From Terriglobales bacterium (GTDB lineage: Bacteria; Acidobacteriota; Terriglobia; Terriglobales; Acidobacteriaceae): a stretch of 64,000 bases of DNA. Below the pieces are notes generated by a model that worked only from the letters and a program-made list of their open reading frames with translations, searched no databases and was not told the DNA's origin. Positions 54,251 through 63,752 of this stretch are shown here, one piece after another. Where the stretch lies: contig JANWKU010000021.1 in NCBI GenBank assembly GCA_025451215.1, positions 5,075 through 69,074 of the forward strand, read 5' to 3'. The position numbers were made by a program, and so were the translations under genes. Numbering within the stretch: the stretch's first letter is position 1; the number at the start of each line of letters is the position of its first letter.

Positions 54251-55939
54251 TTAAAAGCTAAACGCCAAGCCGCCGCGAACCGTTCGCGCGGATTGCACCA
54301 AGTAGACCGTCCGGCCATCCTGGCCCATCATGGGGACGTAGCCTTGAGCGAGGAGATTGCTTAGGTCAATCACCGCTTCTATGTGGCCCGGCAGGAAACC
54401 AGTACCCGGGATTGGCTGGCGGATGAAGAGATTCAAAAATGGATCGGCCTGTCCCGGCGAGACGTTGAACATGTCCACGGGAGTCAGCGCCTGGCCGTTG
54501 ATCCAGCGATAGGAGGCAGCCCAGCGTGTTTTGGTTTTGGCAACGTCTCCGGCAAGTTTTCCCGCCACACTCTGACGGTTGCGGACGATCATTGAGGACG
54601 ACGCGTTGTCGAGCGAATCTTGGCCCGCGCTAACATCAAGCACCCCTCCCGACTCATAGTCGAGCGTGGCTTTCAGGTCCGCGGCAATCTTGCGCTCCAG
54701 TACGAGCCGCATCCCGTGAGTATCGAGATTACCGCCCCGATAAGTAAAAGTACCCGAATTGGGATCGGCCAGCACATTTCCATCGGCGCTCGAAAACTCA
54801 CCCACACCAACTAGGGCGGGATTGGCGACGCGATCCGCAAAAAACGCGATTTGCACATTAGTCTTGCCCGCGCGGTGGGAAACCGAGACCTCGTGGTGGT
54901 GCACCCGCTCCAGCGCCGGGGAGAACTGCATAATGCTCATGCGAGGCCCAGGCTGGCTCAACTCTGCGGGAAGCGGATCAAAGCCATTCGGCCGATCCGC
55001 ATCAGGTGCTGAGCCGCTGTACGCATATTCCAGTACCGTATCCGGGGAAAGGTGTAACTCGGCCGATCCGTAAGGCCGGAACGTGGACGTGACTTGTCCC
55101 ATGAATTGAACGGTTTCCAATTCGCTGCCAAACTTCAATCGAACCACGTTGGCGAAATTGAGGTCGTCGCCGGTAGTCAACTCCGCAGCCTGCAACGAGG
55201 AATTCGGCAGAGCCCCGTCGGGTGAGGCGAAATGCCGCATGGTGAGCGCCATCTGAGGAACAGAGCCATTGCTCATGCGGTGAGTATAGGAAGCACGTAC
55301 CACGCCTGCCGGTATGGAATCGCCGTAGCCGAGATTTCCGCTGATGGCCATGGTTCCAGCGGAGAACATGGAGCGCTCCACGCGAAACGCAGCACTCATA
55401 TCGCCGTTGCTACCATAGCCCGTGGCATTGCTGCCTGCTACAAAAGACAGGGTGCCAGTCAAATCTCTGTCCGAATTCTGCGAGTCAGAAGATCCGGCAA
55501 GCGGAGTACCGCTAAAAATGCGCAGCGCGGGGCGGTTGACGGAGGAGCGCAGCACCCACTTCCAGTCGTCCTGGTCCTTTGCGTCACGAATGGGACCAAG
55601 TTGAATGGCATCAAACAGCGTGCTCAAAGTGATATTGATTGTGGACGCGCTGCCCGGGCGCAAGCCGATCCGCTCCCGAAGCGAGGGTAGAAATGACGGA
55701 GCGGAAACTTTAATGTCGTAGAGACCGGGCAAGATGCCGGTGGCGGAGTAGAAACCGTTCTCATCCGTGAACAGGTGCACGGAGTGAAACGCAGAACCGA
55801 GGACTTCCACCAGCGCGCCCATCTGGGGCACACCTTGCGAGCTGCGCACGTATCCGGAGATGGAGGCGAACCGATCGGCGGAAAAGCCGGGCAGCGCCAT
55901 TCCCATTACCACTACCAAGAACCAGAATTTGCGAAGCAT
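54251..55939 (-). CDS. carboxypeptidase-regulatory-like domain protein with a C-terminal outer-membrane beta-barrel
   Basis: Signal peptide (FWFLVVVMGMALPGFSA). ISGYVRSSQGVPQMGALVEVLGSAFHSVHLFTDENGFYSATGILPGLYDIKVSAPSF is a CarboxypepD_reg pattern. OMP-like terminus ..GGLAFSF. Confidence 0.75.
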   Translation of the reverse strand: MLRKFWFLVVVMGMALPGFSADRFASISGYVRSSQGVPQMGALVEVLGSAFHSVHLFTDENGFYSATGILPGLYDIKVSAPSFLPSLRERIGLRPGSASTINITLSTLFDAIQLGPIRDAKDQDDWKWVLRSSVNRPALRIFSGTPLAGSSDSQNSDRDLTGTLSFVAGSNATGYGSNGDMSAAFRVERSMFSAGTMAISGNLGYGDSIPAGVVRASYTHRMSNGSVPQMALTMRHFASPDGALPNSSLQAAELTTGDDLNFANVVRLKFGSELETVQFMGQVTSTFRPYGSAELHLSPDTVLEYAYSGSAPDADRPNGFDPLPAELSQPGPRMSIMQFSPALERVHHHEVSVSHRAGKTNVQIAFFADRVANPALVGVGEFSSADGNVLADPNSGTFTYRGGNLDTHGMRLVLERKIAADLKATLDYESGGVLDVSAGQDSLDNASSSMIVRNRQSVAGKLAGDVAKTKTRWAASYRWINGQALTPVDMFNVSPGQADPFLNLFIRQPIPGTGFLPGHIEAVIDLSNLLAQGYVPMMGQDGRTVYLVQSARTVRGGLAFSF

Positions 55940-55970
55940 TCATTCCACCCCGTGGACGCCAGCAACCCAA

Positions 55971-57722
55971 CTATTCAACCGCGAAAGTCGCCACCGGCGC
56001 CACTGCCTGCTTGGACAAATTGTCGTTTACCTTAATCTCTATACGATACGTCCCCGGATTCAGATTCGCAGCGGCAATGCTCTTTTCCAGGGTCACTTGC
56101 TCTCCGACATTGCCCATCTTGTCCGTGTTTTCAACGGTGTGAATTATGGGCTTATTTGTCGCTTGACTAATCACGTCATACTGCACCGTGGCTGATGGCT
56201 TGTGAGTCTTGGTGTCCACAGACAGGTTATAGACTTGCATCCAGAAGTTCACTCTCTCATTGCGCTTAAACAGGGCTGGTTTCCCGTCCGCTGGAGCCAG
56301 ACGAGGCCGGACTTTCGTTGCTCCAATTACAAACATCCCCGTCCCTACGTTGCGGGTGGGCACCGGTTCCATGTCGTCAGCAACCATAAGAGAAGAGGTA
56401 GCCAGTTTGTCATCCGCGAATTCCGGCACCAACAATCCTTTGCTCCATGTGCCAGTACGGTCGCCGTTTACATCTTTCAACACCAAATCCAGACGATACC
56501 TTCCCGGACGCAATGGTACGGCCTTCGAGTAAACGTGGGACAACTCGACTACTTTGGGCAGTACCTCGGCGGGCTCGTCTTCTTCAACGGTGTCTTCGAA
56601 CGTCTGCGCGATAGAGCCGCCGATAGTGGTCAAGCGTCCGAAGATGTGGACGATGCCCTTTTCCACTCCGTCTTTATTCACAAACGTGACGTCACGGTTC
56701 TTGATTTGAATCGTGATCGGAACCAGGATCGTGTCATCGGTGACCTTTACGAAATCCGTTTGCACGTCAAACGGCATCAAGTTGTAACTGAGTTTGTGCA
56801 GGACGACTTCTTCCAGGTCCTTGAACTTTACTGGAGGAGGCGCATTTAACTTAGCAAAGTCCGACAGGCGGTCAAACTCTTTGGCTTGTAGGGCAGTCTC
56901 ATCGGTGGGATTCAACCCCAAGTGTTCGAGCCCAACTCCCCCAACGCGGTCACCCTTGTTCGCTGTGCCTACCTGTTCGGCCCAGGTCAAACCAGCGTTG
57001 GGGACTTCCAGAAGCGCATCTTTTTCGCCGCGATCCAGCGTCATGTGATACTCGCCGCACATGCACTTGTCCACGAATTCGATTTCCACGTTGTTGCCGA
57101 TGCCCTCAATGTAGCGATAACGCCAATCTTCGAATGGATAAGTGGACGTCTCGCCGCCGCCTTCATCAACGGGACGTTCATAGCTGCCGCCCGACGGATG
57201 GGATTCGATTTCCGTTGGCTCACCGTACTTGATGTACATGCGTCCGCGGTCAGTCCTCCACCCCGGCACGCCTGATGCGTAATGATCGTTGGCATAAGCG
57301 ATGCGGCGGTAGTGCTCGTCTTTAAATTCGTTTTCCGGCGTGTCAGGAGTAGGATCGCGTCGCTGCCAGAAGGCTTCAATAAAATGGTCGCGCTCTTCGT
57401 CGTTCGAGAGCTGCATGAACGCCTGCTTTTCCTGGTCGGTAATGATGTAGGCCACATCTTCATCCAGCCACTTCTTGAAAACGTCGCTGACTTCTTTTTT
57501 GAAGCGCTTCTCGTTATCCTTTTTCTGTTTGCTGTCTAAGGGACGGATGAGGGGATCCTGACCGGGAAGCGGAGCGGCCGCTGGCTGATCGGGTTGGCCG
57601 ATGGAATTCGACTGATCTTTTTGCGCTTGATCTTGTTGCGCTGCAAAGGCCGACACTGAGACCAACAAACAGGCAAAGAGACAGGCCAGAATAAGGCGTA
57701 AACCTAAACCTACCCGGGACAT
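55971..57722 (-). CDS. GWxTD-domain protein, secreted
   Basis: SGVPGWRTDRGRMYIKYGEPTEIESHP contains the GWxTD motif. The ATG at 57722 has AGGAG 9 nt upstream and gives MSRVGLGLRLILACLFACLLVSVSAFA. The track ORF extends to 57782. Confidence 0.85.
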   Translation of the reverse strand: MSRVGLGLRLILACLFACLLVSVSAFAAQQDQAQKDQSNSIGQPDQPAAAPLPGQDPLIRPLDSKQKKDNEKRFKKEVSDVFKKWLDEDVAYIITDQEKQAFMQLSNDEERDHFIEAFWQRRDPTPDTPENEFKDEHYRRIAYANDHYASGVPGWRTDRGRMYIKYGEPTEIESHPSGGSYERPVDEGGGETSTYPFEDWRYRYIEGIGNNVEIEFVDKCMCGEYHMTLDRGEKDALLEVPNAGLTWAEQVGTANKGDRVGGVGLEHLGLNPTDETALQAKEFDRLSDFAKLNAPPPVKFKDLEEVVLHKLSYNLMPFDVQTDFVKVTDDTILVPITIQIKNRDVTFVNKDGVEKGIVHIFGRLTTIGGSIAQTFEDTVEEDEPAEVLPKVVELSHVYSKAVPLRPGRYRLDLVLKDVNGDRTGTWSKGLLVPEFADDKLATSSLMVADDMEPVPTRNVGTGMFVIGATKVRPRLAPADGKPALFKRNERVNFWMQVYNLSVDTKTHKPSATVQYDVISQATNKPIIHTVENTDKMGNVGEQVTLEKSIAAANLNPGTYRIEIKVNDNLSKQAVAPVATFAVE

Positions 57723-58137
57723 AAAGGGTACTCCTATGGGCAGTTCAATAGTGCCACTATTGTATGTCTTAAACATCCTCAAATCAAGATGAAGTCGGCC
57801 TTTTTGCTTCTCAAATTATCGCCTTTTATGGGTCACTTTTGGGGCCGTAAAACCCTTTTCATGCAACCTTTTTGGCAGCCCACAACAACCGCGGAGGACT
57901 ATAATTGGGGTGCTGCTGGTGGCGTCTCACTGCTCAGTTGGCGATGGGAACTTCCTGCGGGCCCAAACCGTATATGGTGGAGAGGGACGTTTTTGTCCCG
58001 TGACCTCCGTCCGCATGCTGCGTCCAATGTAAGGACCTAGGTCCCAGTAGGTGCATTACGAGGAGAATCGCGTGGCTACAGCCGACACATTGAATCTTTC
58101 CGCCGCCCCTGGAATTTCAGCGCCGCCCGCGTCCTGC

Positions 58138-58827
58138 ATGATTTGCACGCAGGATTTGTGGAAGACCTATGACATGGGGTTGGAGCAACAGGTCCACGCT
58201 CTGCGCGGAGTTGACTTGCGGATTGCCCGCAATGAATATGTGGCTATCATGGGCCCCAGCGGATCGGGAAAATCCACGCTGATGAACTTGATTGGCTGTC
58301 TTGATTCTCCCAGCAAAGGGCAGTACTGGCTGAATGCGCAACTGGTTAGCGAACTGGATGATGACGAACTGGCGCGCATTCGGAATAAGGAAATCGGATT
58401 TGTTTTCCAGACATTCAACCTGCTCGCCCGCGCTACCGCTCTGCACAACGTGGAACTGCCGCTGATTTACGCTGGCGTTCCCGCGGCGGAACGCACGGAA
58501 CGGGCATCCGAAGCCCTGAATGCCGTAGGCATGGGACCGCGCATGACGCATAAGCCGAATGAACTTTCGGGCGGACAACGACAGCGCGTGGCCGTCGCTC
58601 GGGCCCTGGTAAACAAGCCGTCGATCATCCTGGCCGACGAGCCGACCGGAAATTTGGACTCCCAGACGGGAAACGAAATCATGGCGCTGTTTGCCCGCCT
58701 GCATTCCGAGGGCAACACCATCGTGCTGGTAACCCACGAGCACGACATCGCCGAATATGCGCAGCGCACGATCTTCATCAAAGACGGCATCGTGGAACGC
58801 GACGAGATAAACAGCGGCAAGAAGTAG
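58138..58827 (+). CDS. ABC transporter ATP-binding protein (MacB/LolD-like subfamily); no permease gene adjacent
   Basis: Walker [11 protein letters not shown]-loop, signature LSGGQRQR, Walker [14 protein letters not shown]-loop VTHE. ATG at 58138 ([11 protein letters not shown]); the track ORF starts at 58051. Confidence 0.88.
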   Translation: MICTQDLWKTYDMGLEQQVHALRGVDLRIARNEYVAIMGPSGSGKSTLMNLIGCLDSPSKGQYWLNAQLVSELDDDELARIRNKEIGFVFQTFNLLARATALHNVELPLIYAGVPAAERTERASEALNAVGMGPRMTHKPNELSGGQRQRVAVARALVNKPSIILADEPTGNLDSQTGNEIMALFARLHSEGNTIVLVTHEHDIAEYAQRTIFIKDGIVERDEINSGKK

Positions 58828-58853
58828 AAAGAGTCCCAGCCCGACCCTCCGAA

Positions 58854-58975
58854 CCGATGTAGGCGCGGGCATCCCCGCACGTGCAAGCCTCGACAACAAA
58901 ATGCCAACTTGATCTTAGCGAGGATGGTTCGCGGCCCGACAGCCGCACGGGCGAGGACGCCCGCGCCTACATCGG
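58854..58975. repeat. long imperfect palindrome (REP-like or terminator-like) after the ABC ATPase gene
   Basis: The 17-nt arm CCGATGTAGGCGCGGGC (58854-58870) is the perfect reverse complement of 58959-58975. The inner 11 nt extend the stem with 8 of 11 matches. The loop is about 66 nt. Confidence 0.7.
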
Positions 58976-59128
58976 GCTGAAAGCGGGCTGACACAGGGCT
59001 GCTCCAAAAGGGCAAAAATGGGACTGTTCCGTTTTCCGAACACTTCTCAACGTGACAACAGTAATTTTCTCATCTTGTGTTTTTATTTCTTCACGTGATT
59101 CCTTACATTCAAAAGAAAGCCCGGTACG

Positions 59129-59818
59129 ATGCCCACAACGACAGCAGTTGCGCTGCAGTTTTTGCTTGTTTCTGATGACCATTCCACATTGAAAATTGTC
59201 AAAGGCGCGCTGGATACTATTGGCTCAAACATGACCTGCTCGACCTCCGGCGGAGCGGCATTGGTGTATCTGTCTAGCCACCGCGTGGATGGAATCATTC
59301 TGGATTTGCCGTTGTCACCGGCCCTGGACGTCATCGCAACCATTCGCCGCATCGGTGCCAACCGGCGCGCCTTTGTGTTTGTCTGCCTACCCGAGGGACA
59401 CGAGCCAGTGGAGGCCCTGAAGGGCGGAGCTAATGTGGTGTTTCGGAAACCCCTCAATCCTGCGGCCGTTGCCTCGAGCGTAAAAACCTTCCATGGGATT
59501 ATGGAGTCCGAACGCCGGCGCTACTTCCGGCATCACGTCACCATTCCCGTATCATTCGTCGTGGATACTGTTACCCAGCGTGCCATGATGGAGAATTTAA
59601 GCGAAGGTGGCATGGCCGTCACCATGCGCAATCCGCTCGCTCGTTCCTCTTCCGTGGAATTTTTCTTTGAGCTGCCCTTTGGCCCGCGCGTGGCCGGCCA
59701 GACGCAGGTCATGTGGATGAATGAGGCTGGGATGCTGGGCATGGAGTTTCGCCTGCTTCACGGCAGCAGCCGGGAGCATTTGGTGAATTGGCTCAAGAAC
59801 AAAGCCCTGCAGCAATAG
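59129..59818 (+). CDS. response-regulator receiver domain fused to a PilZ (c-di-GMP-binding) domain
   Basis: REC-like N-half with LLVSDD, VDGIILDL (phospho-acceptor Asp position) and VFRKPL. PilZ motifs RRRYFRH ... ENLSEGGMAV. Confidence 0.7.
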   Translation: MPTTTAVALQFLLVSDDHSTLKIVKGALDTIGSNMTCSTSGGAALVYLSSHRVDGIILDLPLSPALDVIATIRRIGANRRAFVFVCLPEGHEPVEALKGGANVVFRKPLNPAAVASSVKTFHGIMESERRRYFRHHVTIPVSFVVDTVTQRAMMENLSEGGMAVTMRNPLARSSSVEFFFELPFGPRVAGQTQVMWMNEAGMLGMEFRLLHGSSREHLVNWLKNKALQQ

Positions 59819-59982
59819 GCTGCGGCAGAAATTCTTCCTTCCAATGACTCTTTAGAACTTGCCTAGGTCGGCGGCTCCGTATCTCCGATTCAAGATCGTG
59901 GATTAAACGTCCTTCTCTAATAGTCTTTCTGCTATTTTTACTTCTGTCACTGGAAAGGCTGCGACGCGCATCGCCTGCACTC

Positions 59983-60675
59983 ATGCATCCTCTCGACAAT
60001 CCCATCTGGAATGCCCTGACGACCCGGCAAAAGCGCTTTGCGGACGGCGATGCGGTGGCGAGAAAATTCTCCGCCGAGGTCACCACTCTCGCTGGCTTGG
60101 AGGAACCCACACCGGAATCGTTCGCTGCGTTGGCTCGAGTAATGGTGCCTGGCGAAGTCGTGGGATTATTCCTCTTGCGGCCCGCATTGTTGCCGGAAGG
60201 ACTTTCGGCGATCCGCGAGCTTCCGCTAGTGCAGATGTGGCAGGAAAGCGCATTGGTCTCTTCCGCTAAGAAACATTCCACGAAATCGGACTTACAGGAA
60301 TTGCACGAAAAGGACATCCCCGAGATGGTCGCCCTGGCCAAGTTGACCGAGCCTGGGCCATTCGGCACGCGCACCCGTGAACTGGGATCCTACATTGGAG
60401 TGCACCGAGACGGACAGCTTGCGGCGATGGCGGGCGAACGTTTGAAGCTGCCGGGCTACACGGAAATCAGTGCGGTCTGCACCCATCCGGCACACACAGG
60501 GCATGGATATGCTACCCGGTTGGTGGCGGAGATAGCGGGGCGAATCCGTGCTCGCGGCGAACATCCATTTCTGCATGTGCGCGAAGACAACACTCGGGCC
60601 GCGGACATTTACCGGCGGCTTGGGTTCGTGCAGAGATTCGTATTTCACTTAATGGTCGTCGAAAAAGCGAGGTGA
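59983..60675 (+). CDS. GNAT-family N-acetyltransferase
   Basis: The C-terminal half VCTHPAHTGHGYATRLVAEIAGRIRARGEHPFLHVREDNTRAADIYRRLGF is the acetyl-CoA-binding motif-A region of GNATs. Confidence 0.75.
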   Translation: MHPLDNPIWNALTTRQKRFADGDAVARKFSAEVTTLAGLEEPTPESFAALARVMVPGEVVGLFLLRPALLPEGLSAIRELPLVQMWQESALVSSAKKHSTKSDLQELHEKDIPEMVALAKLTEPGPFGTRTRELGSYIGVHRDGQLAAMAGERLKLPGYTEISAVCTHPAHTGHGYATRLVAEIAGRIRARGEHPFLHVREDNTRAADIYRRLGFVQRFVFHLMVVEKAR

Positions 60676-62372
60676 GCATCCACTCAGAAATAGATTCTGG
60701 TTGGCACTGGCTGTTGCCAACGATCCTTCCCGGAGTTGCTCTTATCGTCCTGCCCGTATTCACGTCTCCTTTCCTCGGGGCAAAGACTGTCTTGTTACTC
60801 GTGGCGGGTGCCTTCTCTGTGTTTGCCTGCCTCAATATCGGAAGCCGCGGCGGAATATCGCGAGTACTTTCTGAGAATTCTTTGCCACGCATCATTCCCC
60901 GGTCTCTTTCGTGGAGTGCGGCGCTTTGGACGGCGGCAATTGTAGCCTCAACCCTGCATGCCCATAACTGGGCCGAATCGTGGCATGTGCTCGCGCCTTA
61001 CGGGGCGGCGGCATTCCTGTTGATCGCATTCATTCGCCAGCGAATTTCGGCAGAAGTCACAGTGGCTGCGATTGGCGTGAGCGCGGTTGCCGTGGCCGCT
61101 TTCGCAATTTCTGGTCATTTTGGTTATGACCTGCCTCGCCTCTTCTCGGGAGTTGCAGCGCCCGGAAGAATGCGTGCGGCCTCCACACTTGGCAATCCAT
61201 TGTTTGTGGCTTCATTTTTGTCGTCTGCCATTTGGGCAGTCCTGGCATTGCCGTTGCGCCGGGGATGGCGCGTCGTTGCCGCTGTCGTAATTCTTGGCGG
61301 CATAGCGGCGACCGCCGAACGCACCGCCCTGTTTGCATTCGCCGCGGGCGCAATCGTGTTTGCCTTGAGCGGAGGAGCGTCCTTCCGGCAGCGTGCGCTT
61401 GTGCTGGCGCTTTTGCTGCTACTCGCGGGATGGTACGCATCCGGCCGTGTTCGCAATCCTCGTTCGCTGTCTGTGGCCGTGCAGGGCAGAGTTTTTCTTT
61501 GGAAGCACTCTTTGCATCATGTCACATTTATGGGAAGCGGCCCGGGAAGTTTTTATCGCGTGTACAACAAAAATTTGCGTGAGGATGCCCCCGCAATTCC
61601 GCCTAGCCAATTTCATTTCATTAATTACGAAACGGATTCATACAACATTTTCGTACAGGCGCTGGTGGAAGAGGGCTGGCTTGGTTTGGCCGTCATGCTT
61701 GCGTATTTCGCAGCGTGGTTTCGTATGGCTTGGCACGCGCGAAGGGATGCCCACGGTTTCTGCGCGCTGGCTGGCGTGGCCGCGTTCCTTGCCGCTGGCG
61801 TGTGTGACGACCCTTTATCCCGCCCCGAAGGAATGGTTCTGCTGGCAGCATGGCTGGCGCTGCCAATTCTGGCACTTTCTCGCGACAATCTTTCCCGAGA
61901 CAATCTTTTTCGAGACAATCCAGCAATTTTCAAGATAGAATCCTCGCGCTCGCGTGTTACAAAAGCACTCCCAGTAATTGCGACGCTGGTTTTCCTGCTC
62001 TTGCTGAGTGCAGGCGCGGTTACGGCATTCACCAATTATGCGGTCCACGAAGGCGAGCAGTCGGAAGACCGCGGCGATTGGATGAGGGCTGAGCGCTGGA
62101 ACCGGGCGGTGCTCCGGTTTGATCCCGCGCAACGCGATGCCCGGTACAATCTGGTTCGCGAACTGGCGAAGTCGGGGCAGTATCAGACGAGCCTGGCGGA
62201 ATCGGAGAAGGCCCTTGATTGGGTGAATGAAGCAGAGTTGCATATCATTCGAATTCAGGTTCTCCCGATGCTCGGAAAGGCACAACAGGCACAAGAGGAA
62301 CTGATGCAAGCGCGCAAGGATTTTCCCTGGTCGAAGCAGTTGCAACAGGAAAGTGCGCCTGACCGCCATTAA
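60672..62372 (+). CDS. O-antigen ligase-like (Wzy_C) polytopic membrane protein with a C-terminal TPR-like tail
   Basis: More than 10 hydrophobic segments, with AATAERTALFAFAAGAIVFAL and GSGPGSFYRVY typical of Wzy_C proteins. The soluble tail is TPR-like (RAERWNRAVLRFDPAQRDARYNLVRELAKSGQY). The GTG start overlaps the GNAT stop. Confidence 0.75.
   Translation: MSIHSEIDSGWHWLLPTILPGVALIVLPVFTSPFLGAKTVLLLVAGAFSVFACLNIGSRGGISRVLSENSLPRIIPRSLSWSAALWTAAIVASTLHAHNWAESWHVLAPYGAAAFLLIAFIRQRISAEVTVAAIGVSAVAVAAFAISGHFGYDLPRLFSGVAAPGRMRAASTLGNPLFVASFLSSAIWAVLALPLRRGWRVVAAVVILGGIAATAERTALFAFAAGAIVFALSGGASFRQRALVLALLLLLAGWYASGRVRNPRSLSVAVQGRVFLWKHSLHHVTFMGSGPGSFYRVYNKNLREDAPAIPPSQFHFINYETDSYNIFVQALVEEGWLGLAVMLAYFAAWFRMAWHARRDAHGFCALAGVAAFLAAGVCDDPLSRPEGMVLLAAWLALPILALSRDNLSRDNLFRDNPAIFKIESSRSRVTKALPVIATLVFLLLLSAGAVTAFTNYAVHEGEQSEDRGDWMRAERWNRAVLRFDPAQRDARYNLVRELAKSGQYQTSLAESEKALDWVNEAELHIIRIQVLPMLGKAQQAQEELMQARKDFPWSKQLQQESAPDRH
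61875..61919 (+). repeat. three tandem 15-nt in-frame repeats (LSRDN / LSRDN / LFRDN) inside the ligase-like gene
   Basis: ctttctcgcgacaat / ctttcccgagacaat / ctttttcgagacaat, read directly. Confidence 0.85.
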
Positions 62373-62405
62373 TCTTGGCAATTCATTTATTACGAGGGAC
62401 CACTC

Positions 62406-63164
62406 ATGATGAAAGCAGGTTTGGTTGCCGGCATTTTGGCTCTGTGTTGCGGGCTGGCTTGCACATCGCATTCGCCGGAAGCAGCAAATGCGCAGCAGGA
62501 AAGTAGCTCACCGCGTCCTGATGCAAACGTCAACAGAACGGCTTCCCCGACGCCGGAGGTGAAACTTGCGCCTTCCGCAAACGCCGAGACCACCAAGTAC
62601 CGCAGCGGCGCGGCCCAGCCGGTCGTATTTACGGTCACCAATCTGGATGAGAGCAAGGGCGTGACCGCCAGCAGCGGCAACGGATGCACCATTCAGGGCT
62701 CTCCTCAGAAGACCGGCGCTGGCGACTATACCGTCACGTTGAATATTCCGTCCATGCCGGAAGATGGAAGTTGCTATATCGGGATGGCGAGCAACGCCAA
62801 AGGAACTTACTCGGCGCTAGATGTTCCCTACACCGCCGATCCTGATTACTGGCAGAAGAGCGCGCCTGATATGTACGCCTTCGTCCACAGCAAGGCCTGG
62901 ACGTTCAAGACAAGTACCGGCAAGAGCCAGACCCAGCCGGTCAGCCACGTGGAAACCACCGGAAGCCGCCTCTCCGCCATGACGACCGACGCGGATGGAG
63001 CAATCTCGGCCTTTGGCCTTACTCCTCCAGAAGCGGTCGCCGGAACCTTCCAGCAATGCGTTTTGCACGGTACGTTCCACAAAGACACAATCACGCTCAC
63101 GCCGATCATGCAGACCGATGACTGCAAAAAAATCGGCACGCTGACTGTGAAGGCGAGCAATTAA
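62406..63164 (+). CDS. hypothetical secreted or lipoprotein-like protein
   Basis: N-terminus MMKAGLVAGILALCCGLACTS. Thr/Ser/Gly-rich mature part. No family recognised. Confidence 0.55.
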   Translation: MMKAGLVAGILALCCGLACTSHSPEAANAQQESSSPRPDANVNRTASPTPEVKLAPSANAETTKYRSGAAQPVVFTVTNLDESKGVTASSGNGCTIQGSPQKTGAGDYTVTLNIPSMPEDGSCYIGMASNAKGTYSALDVPYTADPDYWQKSAPDMYAFVHSKAWTFKTSTGKSQTQPVSHVETTGSRLSAMTTDADGAISAFGLTPPEAVAGTFQQCVLHGTFHKDTITLTPIMQTDDCKKIGTLTVKASN

Positions 63165-63203
63165 ACCACTGTTTGAAATTTCGATGTCCCGGACAGGCTG
63201 ATC

Positions 63204-63695
63204 ATGATCTCTTTGCGTACTATTGACGCATCGTTCCGCGAGGTCAAGCGGCGCTATGATGAACGGCACCCGGGCCACGGCCTGGTCTGCAAGCAGGGGT
63301 TTTATACAAACTGTACCGTGCTGAAGCTCCAAAAACCTTTCTGGACAAACGATTCCATGGCGCAGGTGCGGAACCGTTCAGGAATTTTCTTTTCCATCTG
63401 GATGAACGCGGAATCAGCTCAGGAATCTCGTGCGCTTTACAACATCCATGCTTTGAAATTGCGGGAGCTGAAGAGTTATCGTATCGCCAGCCGAGACTTC
63501 GCAAAAGAGTTTCGAAACAACTTCGTGAAAAAATCATGGCCGAATGTCAGTGTAGATTATGGCCCGCTCACGTTGATGGAAGGCTGGGAGGAAGTTGCTC
63601 TGGACGAGCTTGAAGCAGACATTCTAAGAATGCTTGAACGCTTCCATCAGGTAAGTCCGCTCCTCGATCATTTGCTCGATAAGCGTTCGCGATAA
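63204..63695 (+). CDS. hypothetical cytoplasmic protein
   Basis: 163-aa ORF followed directly by a strong terminator. No family recognised. Confidence 0.5.
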   Translation: MISLRTIDASFREVKRRYDERHPGHGLVCKQGFYTNCTVLKLQKPFWTNDSMAQVRNRSGIFFSIWMNAESAQESRALYNIHALKLRELKSYRIASRDFAKEFRNNFVKKSWPNVSVDYGPLTLMEGWEEVALDELEADILRMLERFHQVSPLLDHLLDKRSR

Positions 63696-63708
63696 ATTAC
63701 ACAGAACA

Positions 63709-63735
63709 AAAAGGCCCCTTTGCGAGGGGCCTTTT
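63709..63735. terminator. bidirectional rho-independent terminator between convergent genes
   Basis: AAAAGGCCCCT-ttgcg-AGGGGCCTTTT, with A/T runs on both sides. Confidence 0.8.
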
Positions 63736-63752
63736 CATTTACCGATAAAAGT

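Noticed and set aside
58117-58899. 260-aa minus-strand ORF opposite the ABC ATPase gene
   Set aside because: The plus strand carries the Walker A/B and signature motifs. The antisense frame is a low-complexity Arg/Gly/Ala-rich artefact.
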